A program made the translations under genes and the position numbers. Under the pieces are notes generated by a model that was not told the origin of the DNA, searched no databases, and worked only from the letters and a program-made list of their open reading frames with translations. Positions 1 through 8,693 of a DNA stretch of 34,522 nucleotides are shown here, piece by piece; the stretch's first letter is position 1; the number at the start of each line of letters is the position of its first letter. Source of the stretch: Fidelibacterota bacterium (lineage in GTDB: Bacteria > Fidelibacterota > Fidelibacteria > Fidelibacterales > Fidelibacteraceae); contig JAFGVT010000141.1 in NCBI GenBank assembly GCA_016937825.1, forward strand, positions 1-34,522, read 5' to 3'.

Positions 1-390
1 AATTTCCTCATCCCGATGAAGGTCAAGTATTTTGTCATGCTCTTCGCGGCCATCGAGCTTTTTGCGTCCATGGGGGGCGGGAGCCTGCGTGACGGGGTCG
101 CGCACATCACCCACCTGTCGGGGATGATATTCGGCTACCTTTTCCTTTTGTGGACCCAGCATCGCAACGGCTCAAAGCGAAAGCGGAAGAAGATCCGCTT
201 TGCTCCCGGTCCCAAAACCAGCGACCTCAACAGCAAGCCCCCGAAAAGCGCGAAGGGGGAAGATGAAAAGGAACTGGACGCGCTGATGGACCGGATCGCC
301 CTGAAGGGCTACGACAGTCTCACGGAAGAGGAAAAAATGCGCCTGCTGGAACTGAGTTCACGCTTCCGGAAAAACGGCCCCGAAGCGTGA
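1..390 (+). CDS. rhomboid-family intramembrane serine protease, C-terminal part (5' end outside the window)
   Basis: Frame 1 is open from base 1, with no stop before the ATG at 16, so the gene is truncated by the window edge. The last TM segment carries the rhomboid catalytic-His context VAHITHLSGMIFGYL. A basic KRKRKK tract and a charged cytoplasmic tail follow. Confidence 0.6.
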   Translation, partial: NFLIPMKVKYFVMLFAAIELFASMGGGSLRDGVAHITHLSGMIFGYLFLLWTQHRNGSKRKRKKIRFAPGPKTSDLNSKPPKSAKGEDEKELDALMDRIALKGYDSLTEEEKMRLLELSSRFRKNGPEA

Positions 391-412
391 TCCCGGTCAC
401 GTAATGTTTCAC

Positions 413-433
413 TTATCCACATTTTTATTCACA
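413..433 (+). promoter_or_regulatory. two direct DnaA-box-like 9-mers: TTATCCACA (413-421, exact consensus) and TTATTCACA (425-433, one mismatch)
   Basis: Read directly from the sequence. They lie in the AT-rich 145-bp gap between the rhomboid stop (390) and the dnaB ATG (536). Confidence 0.4.
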
Positions 434-535
434 CGCAACTGCTTGTTTCTAAAATATTAATCGTATTTTCCTTTTTTTTGCAAATAACATCCCTTAACTT
501 TTTGATATTAATTTCTTCTTTCATATGAGGCTACC

Positions 536-1912
536 ATGACCGACAAACAAGACATCACCCGCATACCCCCGCAATCCGTTGATTCCGAAAAAGCCGTTCT
601 GGGCTCGATGATGCAGGATGACATCGCCGCCAGCCGTTCGCTGGAGCTGCTGAACGAAAGCTGTTTTTATCTGGATGCGCACAAATTCATTTTCCGGGCG
701 ATGAACGAACTTTACGCAAAACACCAGCCCATCGACCAGCTTTCCGTGGTGGAAAAACTGGCGCAGATGAAATTGCTGGACGATGCGGGTGGCGCCGCCG
801 TGATCTCGGACCTGATCAACCGCGTCCCGTCCGCCGCCAATATTGAATATTACGCGAACATCGTCAAGGAAAAATATATTCTGCGGACGATCATCAAAAC
901 GTCCAACGACATGATCGACAAGGCCTTTTCGGAGAACGAGGAGACCGATGCCATTCTCGACAACGCTCAGCAGCAGATCTTCCAGCTCAGGGAGAACAGC
1001 GCCTCCCAGGATTTCGTCGACATGAAAAGCATTCTGCGGCCGACCGTGGAGCATATCGAGACCCTGTCCCAGCACAAGGGGGACGTCGTGGGGATCCCCT
1101 CCGGCTTTAAGAAATTCGACATGATGACGAACGGGTTCCAGAAATCGGATCTGATCATCATCGCCGGAAGGCCGTCCATGGGCAAAACAGCCCTGGCGCT
1201 CTCGATGCTCCGGAACATGTCGCTTGATCACGATAAGCATGTCGGTTTCTTCTCCCTGGAAATGTCCCAGGAAGGTATCGCCATGCGCTTGCTGAGCATG
1301 GAAAGCGGCATTGACCATCAAAAGCTTCGCCGCGGAAAGATCCCCCCCCCGCAATGGCAGTTCCTGATCGGCGCCGCCGCCAAGATCAATGACGCGCATA
1401 TTTACTTCGACTTTTCGCCCAACCTGAACGTTCTGGACATGCGAAGCCGGGCACGGCGGCTGAAAAGCCGCGTCGGCCAGCTGGATATTATCTTCGTCGA
1501 TTATCTGCAGATCGCCCATGCGAACATCAACCGCAACGACAGCCGTCAGCAGGAAGTGGCCATGATCAGCCAGCAGCTAAAGGCGCTGGCAAAAGAAATG
1601 AACATTCCGGTCGTCGCGCTTTCCCAGCTCAGCCGCGCGCCCGAACAGCGCGGCGGGGACAGCCGCCCCAAGCTGTCGGACCTTCGCGATTCCGGCGCCA
1701 TCGAACAGGACGCCGATATCGTCATGTTCATCCACCGTCAGGAATACTATTCCAAAAGTCCCGATGATGCGGGAAAGGGTGAGATCATTATCGCAAAACA
1801 CCGGAACGGTCCCACCGGCGGCGTCAACCTGACTTTCAAGGACACCATCGTGCGTTTCTTCGACGCACCCTTCGAAACCTACGCCGACGAAGCCGAAGAA
1901 GGAGCTTTCTAA
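536..1912 (+). CDS. dnaB: replicative DNA helicase DnaB
   Basis: 458 aa. N-terminal PPQSVDSEKAVLGSMM, Walker A GRPSMGKTALAL, Walker B IIFVDYLQ, SQLSR and RDSGAIEQDAD motifs, and C-terminal IIAKHRNGPTG. Confidence 0.97.
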   Translation: MTDKQDITRIPPQSVDSEKAVLGSMMQDDIAASRSLELLNESCFYLDAHKFIFRAMNELYAKHQPIDQLSVVEKLAQMKLLDDAGGAAVISDLINRVPSAANIEYYANIVKEKYILRTIIKTSNDMIDKAFSENEETDAILDNAQQQIFQLRENSASQDFVDMKSILRPTVEHIETLSQHKGDVVGIPSGFKKFDMMTNGFQKSDLIIIAGRPSMGKTALALSMLRNMSLDHDKHVGFFSLEMSQEGIAMRLLSMESGIDHQKLRRGKIPPPQWQFLIGAAAKINDAHIYFDFSPNLNVLDMRSRARRLKSRVGQLDIIFVDYLQIAHANINRNDSRQQEVAMISQQLKALAKEMNIPVVALSQLSRAPEQRGGDSRPKLSDLRDSGAIEQDADIVMFIHRQEYYSKSPDDAGKGEIIIAKHRNGPTGGVNLTFKDTIVRFFDAPFETYADEAEEGAF

Positions 1913-1918
1913 CCCGCA

Positions 1919-4066
1919 ATGAATCCCGAGATCCCACAGCATTTTCCCAAAGACTTCGACGTCCTTCTGGAAACCATCAAAGGCTACAACAACAGCTATC
2001 AGGCGGACATTCCCCTCCTTTGGAAAGCCTACTGCTTTGCCGAGGAAGCGCACAAGGAACAGTACCGTCAGTCCGGAGAACCCTATTTCCGGCACCTTTA
2101 TCATACGGCGCTGATCCTGGCCGAACTGAACATGGACACCGCGACGATCTGCGCGGGTTTTCTGCATGATATCCTTGAAGATACCAATATACCCGAAGAA
2201 GTGGTCAGCAACGAATTTTCAAAACAGATCGTGCAATTCGTCAAGGGCGTCACCAAGATCGGCGGGATCAAGTTCCAGAGCGAGCAGCAGGAGCAGGCGC
2301 AGAATTTCAGGAAAATGCTTCTGAGCGTGGCGGACGATATCCGGGTGATCATCATCAAGTTCGCGGACCGGCTGCATAACATGCGGACCCTTCAGGCGCT
2401 TCCCGAGAAAAAGCAGCGCCGGATAGCCCTGGAAACCCGCGACGTCTATGCGCCTCTCGCCCACCGTCTCGGCATGTACCGGATCAAAATGGAAATGGAG
2501 GATCTGGCCCTGAAATATCTGGATCCCGAGATCTATCAGGAGCTTGACGAGCGCATCACCGCACAGAAAAAACGCTATGAGCACGATATCGAGGATTTTG
2601 TCTCCCTGATCAACACCTACCTTAAAGAAGAAAATATTACGGCCCGGGTGTTCGGAAGGATCAAGAACTACAATTCCATTTACAATAAAATGATCCGCCA
2701 GAATCGTCCGCTTGAAGAAATTTTCGACATTCTGGCGATCCGGATCATCGTCAATTCCATCACCCATTGCTATTCCGTCCTGGGGATCGTTCATCAGAAA
2801 TTCACGCCGATCACCGAACGCTTCCGCGATTTTATCGCCACGCCGAAATCGAACGGCTACCAGTCCGTTCACACGACCGTCATCGGTCCCAAAGGCATCC
2901 CCATTGAGATCCAGATCCGTACGGACGAAATGGATAAAACGGCCGAGGTCGGGATCGCCGCCCACTGGAAGTACAAGGAATCCGGGGAAGCGGACGAGCT
3001 GGACCATCATATCCAGTGGCTGCGCGATCTGATCGATATCCTGAAGAACGACACCAAGGATGAAGAATTCCTGGAAACGCTGAAGATCGACCTTTTCAAT
3101 GACGAGATCTTCGTCTTCACGCCCAAGGGCGACCTGATCAAGCTGCCCTTGAACGCCACCGCGCTGGATTTCGCCTTTGCGGTCCATACCGAGGTCGGAT
3201 TCCGCTGCATCGGCGCAAAGGTCAACGGAAAGATCGTCTCCCTGAACTCAAAATTGTCCAGCGGCGACCGTATTGAGATCATCACCTCGAGCAGCCACAA
3301 CGTCAGCTACAACTGGCTCCGCTTTGTCACCACGAACCGCGCGAAACACCGCATCCGCCGCTGGCTGCAGCGTCACGAGTTCGAGCAAAGCATCAAGCTG
3401 GGAGAAGAGATCCTCGATAAGGAGATGCGGAAAGCAAAGCTCAGTTCCAAGATCAAGGATGTCAAATCCCGTTACGCCGATTTCGGCTTCGACACGGTGA
3501 ACCTTTTCTATCAGTCCATCGGAAAAGGCGAACTGACCGTCAAGCATATCCTGACCGAACTCTATCACAAGGAAGAAGATCAGGCGCTGCCGGAAGAAAC
3601 GGCGCCCCTGCTGAAACAGTACCGCTCAACGAACGGGATCAGCGTCAGCGGATACGAGAACATGCTGGTCCAGCTGGCCAAATGCTGCAACCCCCTCCCC
3701 GGCGATGAGATCATCGGCTTCATCACGCGCGGGCGCGGCATTTCCGTGCACCGTTACGACTGCAGGAACATCCCCAATCTCGAGGAAGAAAAGGACCGTT
3801 TTATCGATGTAAAATGGCAGGTAAAGGCCGGACGCACTTTTGTCAGCAGGATCAAGATCATCGGCGAGGACCGTCCCAACCTGATCTACGACGTATCTCA
3901 GGTGATCCACGATCTGCACACCAACATGCTGAGCATCAATTTCACGGTCGAAGGCAAACTGGCGCGCGGCCAGGTCGCCGTCCTGGTCGAGAGCCTGAAA
4001 CACGCAGAACACATCATTCAAAAACTCAAGAATATCCCCGGGGTATTAACGATAGACAGAACATAA
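1919..4066 (+). CDS. rel: bifunctional (p)ppGpp synthetase/hydrolase, RelA/SpoT (Rel) family
   Basis: 715 aa. HD hydrolase motifs (FLHDILEDT, ADRLHNMRT), a synthetase core (YNSIYNKM, PKSNGYQSVHTTV, EIQIRT), a TGS region (VFTPKGD) and a C-terminal ACT-like domain. Confidence 0.95.
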   Translation: MNPEIPQHFPKDFDVLLETIKGYNNSYQADIPLLWKAYCFAEEAHKEQYRQSGEPYFRHLYHTALILAELNMDTATICAGFLHDILEDTNIPEEVVSNEFSKQIVQFVKGVTKIGGIKFQSEQQEQAQNFRKMLLSVADDIRVIIIKFADRLHNMRTLQALPEKKQRRIALETRDVYAPLAHRLGMYRIKMEMEDLALKYLDPEIYQELDERITAQKKRYEHDIEDFVSLINTYLKEENITARVFGRIKNYNSIYNKMIRQNRPLEEIFDILAIRIIVNSITHCYSVLGIVHQKFTPITERFRDFIATPKSNGYQSVHTTVIGPKGIPIEIQIRTDEMDKTAEVGIAAHWKYKESGEADELDHHIQWLRDLIDILKNDTKDEEFLETLKIDLFNDEIFVFTPKGDLIKLPLNATALDFAFAVHTEVGFRCIGAKVNGKIVSLNSKLSSGDRIEIITSSSHNVSYNWLRFVTTNRAKHRIRRWLQRHEFEQSIKLGEEILDKEMRKAKLSSKIKDVKSRYADFGFDTVNLFYQSIGKGELTVKHILTELYHKEEDQALPEETAPLLKQYRSTNGISVSGYENMLVQLAKCCNPLPGDEIIGFITRGRGISVHRYDCRNIPNLEEEKDRFIDVKWQVKAGRTFVSRIKIIGEDRPNLIYDVSQVIHDLHTNMLSINFTVEGKLARGQVAVLVESLKHAEHIIQKLKNIPGVLTIDRT

Positions 4067-4079
4067 TTTGGAGAATATC

Positions 4080-4409
4080 ATGGAAAAGAAGACCTTTACC
4101 AAAAAAGACATTGCCAAACACATCCGAAAGAACTCCTCGTCCAAGATGCGCATTTACGAGTGCGAAAAATACATGGACGAGATCTTTTCCACGATGCTGG
4201 AACTGCTGATGGACGAAAGCGCCGAGCGCATTCGCATCGAGATCCGGAATTTCGGCGTCTTTGAGGTTAAAAACTCTAAAGCAAAGCCCCAGGCCAGAAA
4301 TCCGAAGACCAACGAGGTCATTTATGTCCCCGCGCGGAAGAAGATCCATTTTAAGGCCGGGAAGACACTCAAGGAATTCCTTTCAGCCCCGCGTGAGGAA
4401 AACGACTGA
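4080..4409 (+). CDS. HU/IHF-family DNA-binding protein
   Basis: RNFGVFEVKNSKAKPQARNPKTNEVIYVPARKKIHFKAGKTLK is the HU/IHF beta-arm signature. The ORF track begins at a TTG (4068). The ATG at 4080 is preceded by GGAGA at about -7, so I prefer 4080. Confidence 0.85.
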   Translation: MEKKTFTKKDIAKHIRKNSSSKMRIYECEKYMDEIFSTMLELLMDESAERIRIEIRNFGVFEVKNSKAKPQARNPKTNEVIYVPARKKIHFKAGKTLKEFLSAPREEND

Positions 4410-4411
4410 CC

Positions 4412-4831
4412 ATGGGACGCATCCTTGCGGTTGATTTCGGGAACCGGCGGATCGGCGTAGCGGTCTCTGACCCTCTGCAGATCATCGCCACGCCGCTTGA
4501 GACCCTCACCATCACCTCCCTGAAAGACGGTGTCAGCCGGCTTGCAGCCCTGTGCGGCGAGATCGGTCCGGAAGCCGTCATTATGGGTTATCCGCTCGGA
4601 ACGTCCGGAAATAAGACCGAACAGACAATCATCGTGGATGAGGTGATCGAGGCGCTATCGGCGAGAACCGACATCCCCATCATCAAATGGGATGAGCGCT
4701 ACACGAGCGTCGAGGCAGAGCAGATCCTCCGTCAGCAAGGGATCAAAACACGGGACAACAAGGGGATCATTGACCAGCTGGCGGCACGGATCATGCTGCA
4801 GGAATTCCTTGATTCGCGGAGCAAATCATGA
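4412..4831 (+). CDS. ruvX: Holliday-junction resolvase-like nuclease RuvX (YqgF)
   Basis: 139 aa. N-terminal ILAVDFGNRRIGVAVSD and C-terminal DERYTSVEAE are typical YqgF-family motifs. Confidence 0.9.
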   Translation: MGRILAVDFGNRRIGVAVSDPLQIIATPLETLTITSLKDGVSRLAALCGEIGPEAVIMGYPLGTSGNKTEQTIIVDEVIEALSARTDIPIIKWDERYTSVEAEQILRQQGIKTRDNKGIIDQLAARIMLQEFLDSRSKS

Positions 4832-6333
4832 AACTAAGCTGGAAACATCTTCTTCTTCTCCTGCTTTCCGCCGTGCTTCTCGGACTGTCCTTTGCTCCCT
4901 TCAACCAGGTCTACACCGCATTTTTCTCCCTGATACCGCTGTTATATGTTCTCGTGAAGACCGGAAAAGGATTTCTGACCGGACTGATCTGGGGTCTGTT
5001 CTACTGCATTTTTTCGATCCACTGGCTGGCATTCAACACCGGGACCTATCCCTGGGTCGCGACGTTTTCGATGCTGCTGGCCGCCCTTTTCCTTTCCCTG
5101 AATTACGCCGTGACCGGGATGCTGTTCACGATGATCTACCGCCGCGATCAGGGCCGGGCCTTCCTGCTCTTCCCGGTGATCTGGGTCGCCGTTGAGTTCG
5201 TACGTTCCTTCGGCATTCTGGGATTTCCCTGGCTTAGCCTCGGCCATTCGCAGGCATACAATACGCTTTACATTCAGCATGCGGATCTCGGAGGCGTTTA
5301 CCTGGTCACTTTTTCCCTGCTGGTCACGAATGTCCTTCTTTTCATGCTCTTCCGGTCGTTTTCGCGCAAAAAGCTGGCGGCGCTCCTTGCCGCGGTCCTG
5401 GTCCCCTTCCTTTACGGGCTGGTTATGATCAATCTTGATCTGGACGAAGACAAGACTTGTCAATTCAGGATCGTACAGCCGAATATCGGAGCAAAGGAAA
5501 AATGGGTCCCGGAAAACCGGGTCCCCATCCTCAATCTGCTGGATTCTCTCAGCCGCACCGAGACCGGCGTCGCTCCCGATGTGATCGTCTGGCCTGAAAC
5601 GGCGGTCCCCTACTATCTGCGCGCGTCCCGGTATTTTTGTTCGACCCTCGCCCGCTGTGCGGCCGACACCCGCGCAACGCTCATTACCGGCGCGCTGGAT
5701 TTCTTTTACACGGATTCCCTTGCGAGCCACCAAAGCACGAACAGCCTGTTCATCTTCGAACCGGAAAATTATTCCTACTCGGATATCATCTACGATAAGA
5801 TCCATCTTGTTCCCTTCGGCGAATTCACGCCGGGCGGAAAAATGTTTTCCTGGCTGAACAACATGCAGTACGGCCAAAGCAACTTTACTTCCCGCAAAAA
5901 CGTCCGGATCCCCCGCATGACCGCGGACAGTATCGCCTTTACTCCCATGATCTGTTACGATTCCGTTTTTCCGCACACCATCCGGCGCTACGCCGCCATG
6001 GGCAGTAAATATAACATCCTGATCACCAATGACATATGGTTCGGACGTTCCATGGGTCCCCACCTGCATGCCGCCATTGCCCTTGTGCGCGCCGTGGAGA
6101 CCCGCCTGCCGCTGGTCCGCTCCGCCAATGCCGGCATATCCATGTTCATTGACAACAAGGGGCGCGTGATCGATTCGGTCCCCCTTTACACGAGAGGGAT
6201 CATCGAGCAGCCCCTCGCTTTGGGGAGCTATGTCCCGCCCTACGTGAAAATGGGCAATACCTTCAGTGTGCTCATGTTGATCACCGCTCTTTTGGGAATC
6301 GTATATACCTTATGGATAAAAACAAAAAAATAG
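4828..6333 (+). CDS. lnt: apolipoprotein N-acyltransferase
   Basis: 501 aa. Multi-TM N-terminal half plus a CN-hydrolase domain with the E/K/C triad contexts VIVWPETAVP, YDKIHLVPFGE and PMICYDSVF. The ATGA overlaps the ruvX stop. Confidence 0.9.
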   Translation: MKLSWKHLLLLLLSAVLLGLSFAPFNQVYTAFFSLIPLLYVLVKTGKGFLTGLIWGLFYCIFSIHWLAFNTGTYPWVATFSMLLAALFLSLNYAVTGMLFTMIYRRDQGRAFLLFPVIWVAVEFVRSFGILGFPWLSLGHSQAYNTLYIQHADLGGVYLVTFSLLVTNVLLFMLFRSFSRKKLAALLAAVLVPFLYGLVMINLDLDEDKTCQFRIVQPNIGAKEKWVPENRVPILNLLDSLSRTETGVAPDVIVWPETAVPYYLRASRYFCSTLARCAADTRATLITGALDFFYTDSLASHQSTNSLFIFEPENYSYSDIIYDKIHLVPFGEFTPGGKMFSWLNNMQYGQSNFTSRKNVRIPRMTADSIAFTPMICYDSVFPHTIRRYAAMGSKYNILITNDIWFGRSMGPHLHAAIALVRAVETRLPLVRSANAGISMFIDNKGRVIDSVPLYTRGIIEQPLALGSYVPPYVKMGNTFSVLMLITALLGIVYTLWIKTKK

Positions 6334-6707
6334 CGGTCCTTCTGATCCTCGCTTTCCTTTTCCCGGCGGGAGCTCAGGACGATCCGAACGAAGGCGTTTA
6401 TTTCAAGCCCGGGACGCTTCATCTCCCTGAGATCTCTCAGTTTCTGGAGGAGCATCATTATCGCCTGAGTACCGATTCGCTTGCCGCAGCCTACCGGGGA
6501 GAGGTCTTCTATTATCTTGAGGAAAAAGATTCGGTCCGCTGCGAGATCCGCCTGACCCAACCCTCCGCCCCTCCTTTCGTTCTGGGCTCATTTATGACGG
6601 AACCTGTCAGGCGGGAGAACGTAAGAAGCTCGTTGCGCGAATTCACCATTTGGTTATTGATTTTGAATGCGATTAGCACGATATTATTTTTTGTCAGAAC
6701 ACCTTAA
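6312..6707 (+). CDS. hypothetical exported/membrane-anchored protein
   Basis: 131 aa. Signal-peptide-like N-terminus (KKIAVLLILAFLFPAGA-QD) and a C-terminal hydrophobic helix (FTIWLLILNAISTILFFV). It overlaps the lnt 3' end by 22 nt. I recognise no family. Confidence 0.5.
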   Translation: MDKNKKIAVLLILAFLFPAGAQDDPNEGVYFKPGTLHLPEISQFLEEHHYRLSTDSLAAAYRGEVFYYLEEKDSVRCEIRLTQPSAPPFVLGSFMTEPVRRENVRSSLREFTIWLLILNAISTILFFVRTP

Positions 6708-6719
6708 TAAAGGATCTCT

Positions 6720-7322
6720 ATGAAAACCCGTTTTCTCCGTCTCCTGACAGTCCTGATCATCGCGTCAATCGCCTTCGGGCAGACCCCGGAGCCCCGGCAC
6801 GCCTATTTAAAAAGCATCGTCCTTCCGGGCTGGGGCGAATCCGCATACGGTTCCGGGAGCGCCTATGCTTTCATGGCAACGGAACTTGCTCTCTGGGCGG
6901 GGTTCGGAGGCTTGCACTATTCCGCCGCGGTCCAGAACCGGGACCTGATCGCCTATTCCCGGCTGCATGCCGGGATATCCGTGTATCCCGACAGCAAAGA
7001 ATACTGGTCGGACCTCGGCAATTTTTCCTCTTGGGAAGACCACCGCGAGACCATGCTGGAAAACCGCACTCCCGAAGACATCTGGAACATTGACTTCGCC
7101 TGGGAGTGGGATTCCGCGCTCAATACCGGCACCTATCGGGAACTGTTCAGAAAAAAGGAACTGACGCTGGTCAGCAGCGAGTTCGTGATCGCCGGCATGA
7201 TCGTCAACCGCATCGCCAGCGTCATCAACATAAAATATCTTGAAAACAAGCGCATGCAGATACAGGCCTATGCCGCACCGGTCAGGGGCGGCGCCTTCAT
7301 GCAGCTGGGGTTGTCCTTTTAA
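6720..7322 (+). CDS. hypothetical exported protein
   Basis: 200 aa. AAGGA lies upstream of the ATG. Signal peptide (LLTVLIIASIAFG-QT), a PGWGE motif followed by a hydrophobic segment, and a C-terminal ...LGLSF. No family is recognised with confidence. Confidence 0.55.
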   Translation: MKTRFLRLLTVLIIASIAFGQTPEPRHAYLKSIVLPGWGESAYGSGSAYAFMATELALWAGFGGLHYSAAVQNRDLIAYSRLHAGISVYPDSKEYWSDLGNFSSWEDHRETMLENRTPEDIWNIDFAWEWDSALNTGTYRELFRKKELTLVSSEFVIAGMIVNRIASVINIKYLENKRMQIQAYAAPVRGGAFMQLGLSF

Positions 7323-7933
7323 TGGAACGTCTGAAACACTTATTCCGGATATTTTTCCCCGTCTCGGGAATGATCGCGCTGTTCCTCCTGCCGGGCCTGG
7401 CCGGACAGCTGGCCGCCTTTACGCTCATTGCCGTTCTCGCTCTGGCCAGTCCGTATCGCGCCGGTATTTTCGCCTTCTTCCTGAAATTGTCCTCGCTGCT
7501 CCTCATAACGCTTGCGGTCCATCTGTTCTTTCGTTTTGGTGAACCCGATTATTTTGCGGCCTTCGGCGGCAGCGCCCTCTGGATCCGGGCGGGGTTCTAT
7601 ACCTTGCGCAATGCCAATATCCTGTTCATCATGAGCTATACGATCAGGAACGGCGCGCCCCTTTCATTCGCCTCCCTGATGGCATTTCTCGAACAACGGG
7701 GACCGTCCCGGCTGGTGCAGCCGCTTGCCCTCGCCGTACGCTACGTTTCCCTTATCCGGGATGAATTCCAGTCCCTGCGACAGGTGCACCGGATCATGGG
7801 CATTCGGCGGCCGAAACACCTTGCCGCACAGATACGCTATTATACGTCTCTCATCGTGCCGACCATCATTTCCTCCCTGGAGCGGGCGGAAAATCTCTCC
7901 CTTGCCATGACCAGCCGAGGATTTAACCGCTAA
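7322..7933 (+). CDS. EcfT/CbiQ-like transporter transmembrane component (short)
   Basis: 203 aa and polytopic. The C-terminal pair of coupling-helix-like motifs (IRDEFQSLRQVHRIMGI and ERAENLSLAMTSRGF) resembles the Ala-Arg-Gly motifs of the CbiQ/EcfT family. TAATG overlap with the upstream gene. Confidence 0.65.
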   Translation: MERLKHLFRIFFPVSGMIALFLLPGLAGQLAAFTLIAVLALASPYRAGIFAFFLKLSSLLLITLAVHLFFRFGEPDYFAAFGGSALWIRAGFYTLRNANILFIMSYTIRNGAPLSFASLMAFLEQRGPSRLVQPLALAVRYVSLIRDEFQSLRQVHRIMGIRRPKHLAAQIRYYTSLIVPTIISSLERAENLSLAMTSRGFNR

Positions 7934-7934
7934 C

Positions 7935-8693
7935 ATGACCCGCTACGTCCTACATGTCGAATACGACGGCACCGCCTACGCCGGATTTCAATTACAAGCG
8001 GACCAGCCGACCGTTCAGGGGCGACTGGAAGAGGCTGCGGAAGCTTTATACAAGCAAGCCGTGCGGATGCATGCCAGCGGCAGAACGGATGCCGGCGTTC
8101 ATGCCGAGCACCAGATCGTTCACTTCGACCCTCCGTCCGAACTCAGGAACCTGAATCTCAAAGCCGCCATGAACACAGTGCTGCCGCCCGATATCCGGGT
8201 GATGGACACCGCGGTCACAGATGAAACCTTTCACGCACGGTTTTCCGCCCGCGAACGGCGCTACCGCTATGATATTTCCACAGGAGTCACTGCACTGGAC
8301 CGCCATCGCGTCTGGCAGATATTTCAGGACCTGGATCTGAAAAGAATGCAGGCCTGCGCAGAGCTGATCGTCGGAGAACATGATTTTACCTCTTTCTGCT
8401 CCCTGCAGGCCGAAGTCGACCATAAGCGCTGCCTCATCCGGCGTTCGGCGTGGGAACGCAAGGGCGACCGGCTCAGCTATCACGTTCACGGGAACCGCTT
8501 TCTGCATTCCATGGTACGCTCCCTGGTGGGCACCATGGTGGAAGCCGGAAAACACCGCCTGGACGAGAAGGATTTTTTATCCATACTCGAACAGCGCGAC
8601 CGACTGGCCGGGGCGGTAACGGCACCGCCGCAGGGTCTCTTTCTTGTTGATGTGTTATACGACAGTCCCATCCCCTGGGAAAAGGAGCCATGA
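7935..8693 (+). CDS. truA: tRNA pseudouridine(38-40) synthase TruA
   Basis: 252 aa. YDGTAYAGFQ at the N-terminus, catalytic GRTDAGVHA, and RYRY and FLHSMVR motifs. Confidence 0.93.
   Translation: MTRYVLHVEYDGTAYAGFQLQADQPTVQGRLEEAAEALYKQAVRMHASGRTDAGVHAEHQIVHFDPPSELRNLNLKAAMNTVLPPDIRVMDTAVTDETFHARFSARERRYRYDISTGVTALDRHRVWQIFQDLDLKRMQACAELIVGEHDFTSFCSLQAEVDHKRCLIRRSAWERKGDRLSYHVHGNRFLHSMVRSLVGTMVEAGKHRLDEKDFLSILEQRDRLAGAVTAPPQGLFLVDVLYDSPIPWEKEP

Noticed and set aside
391-535. Calling this gap the chromosomal origin (oriC).
   Set aside because: Only two DnaA-box-like 9-mers are present, and dnaA/dnaN are not in the window. I report it as a lead, not as a feature.
521-1519. A 332-aa ORF antisense to dnaB. 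The same applies to 2219-3187, 4942-6069, 8870-9883, 11483-12463, 18826-19716, 19848-20549, 23814-24509 and 29674-30540.
   Set aside because: Each is fully nested opposite a gene with strong family motifs, and all show low-complexity antisense-type composition. I treat them as non-coding.
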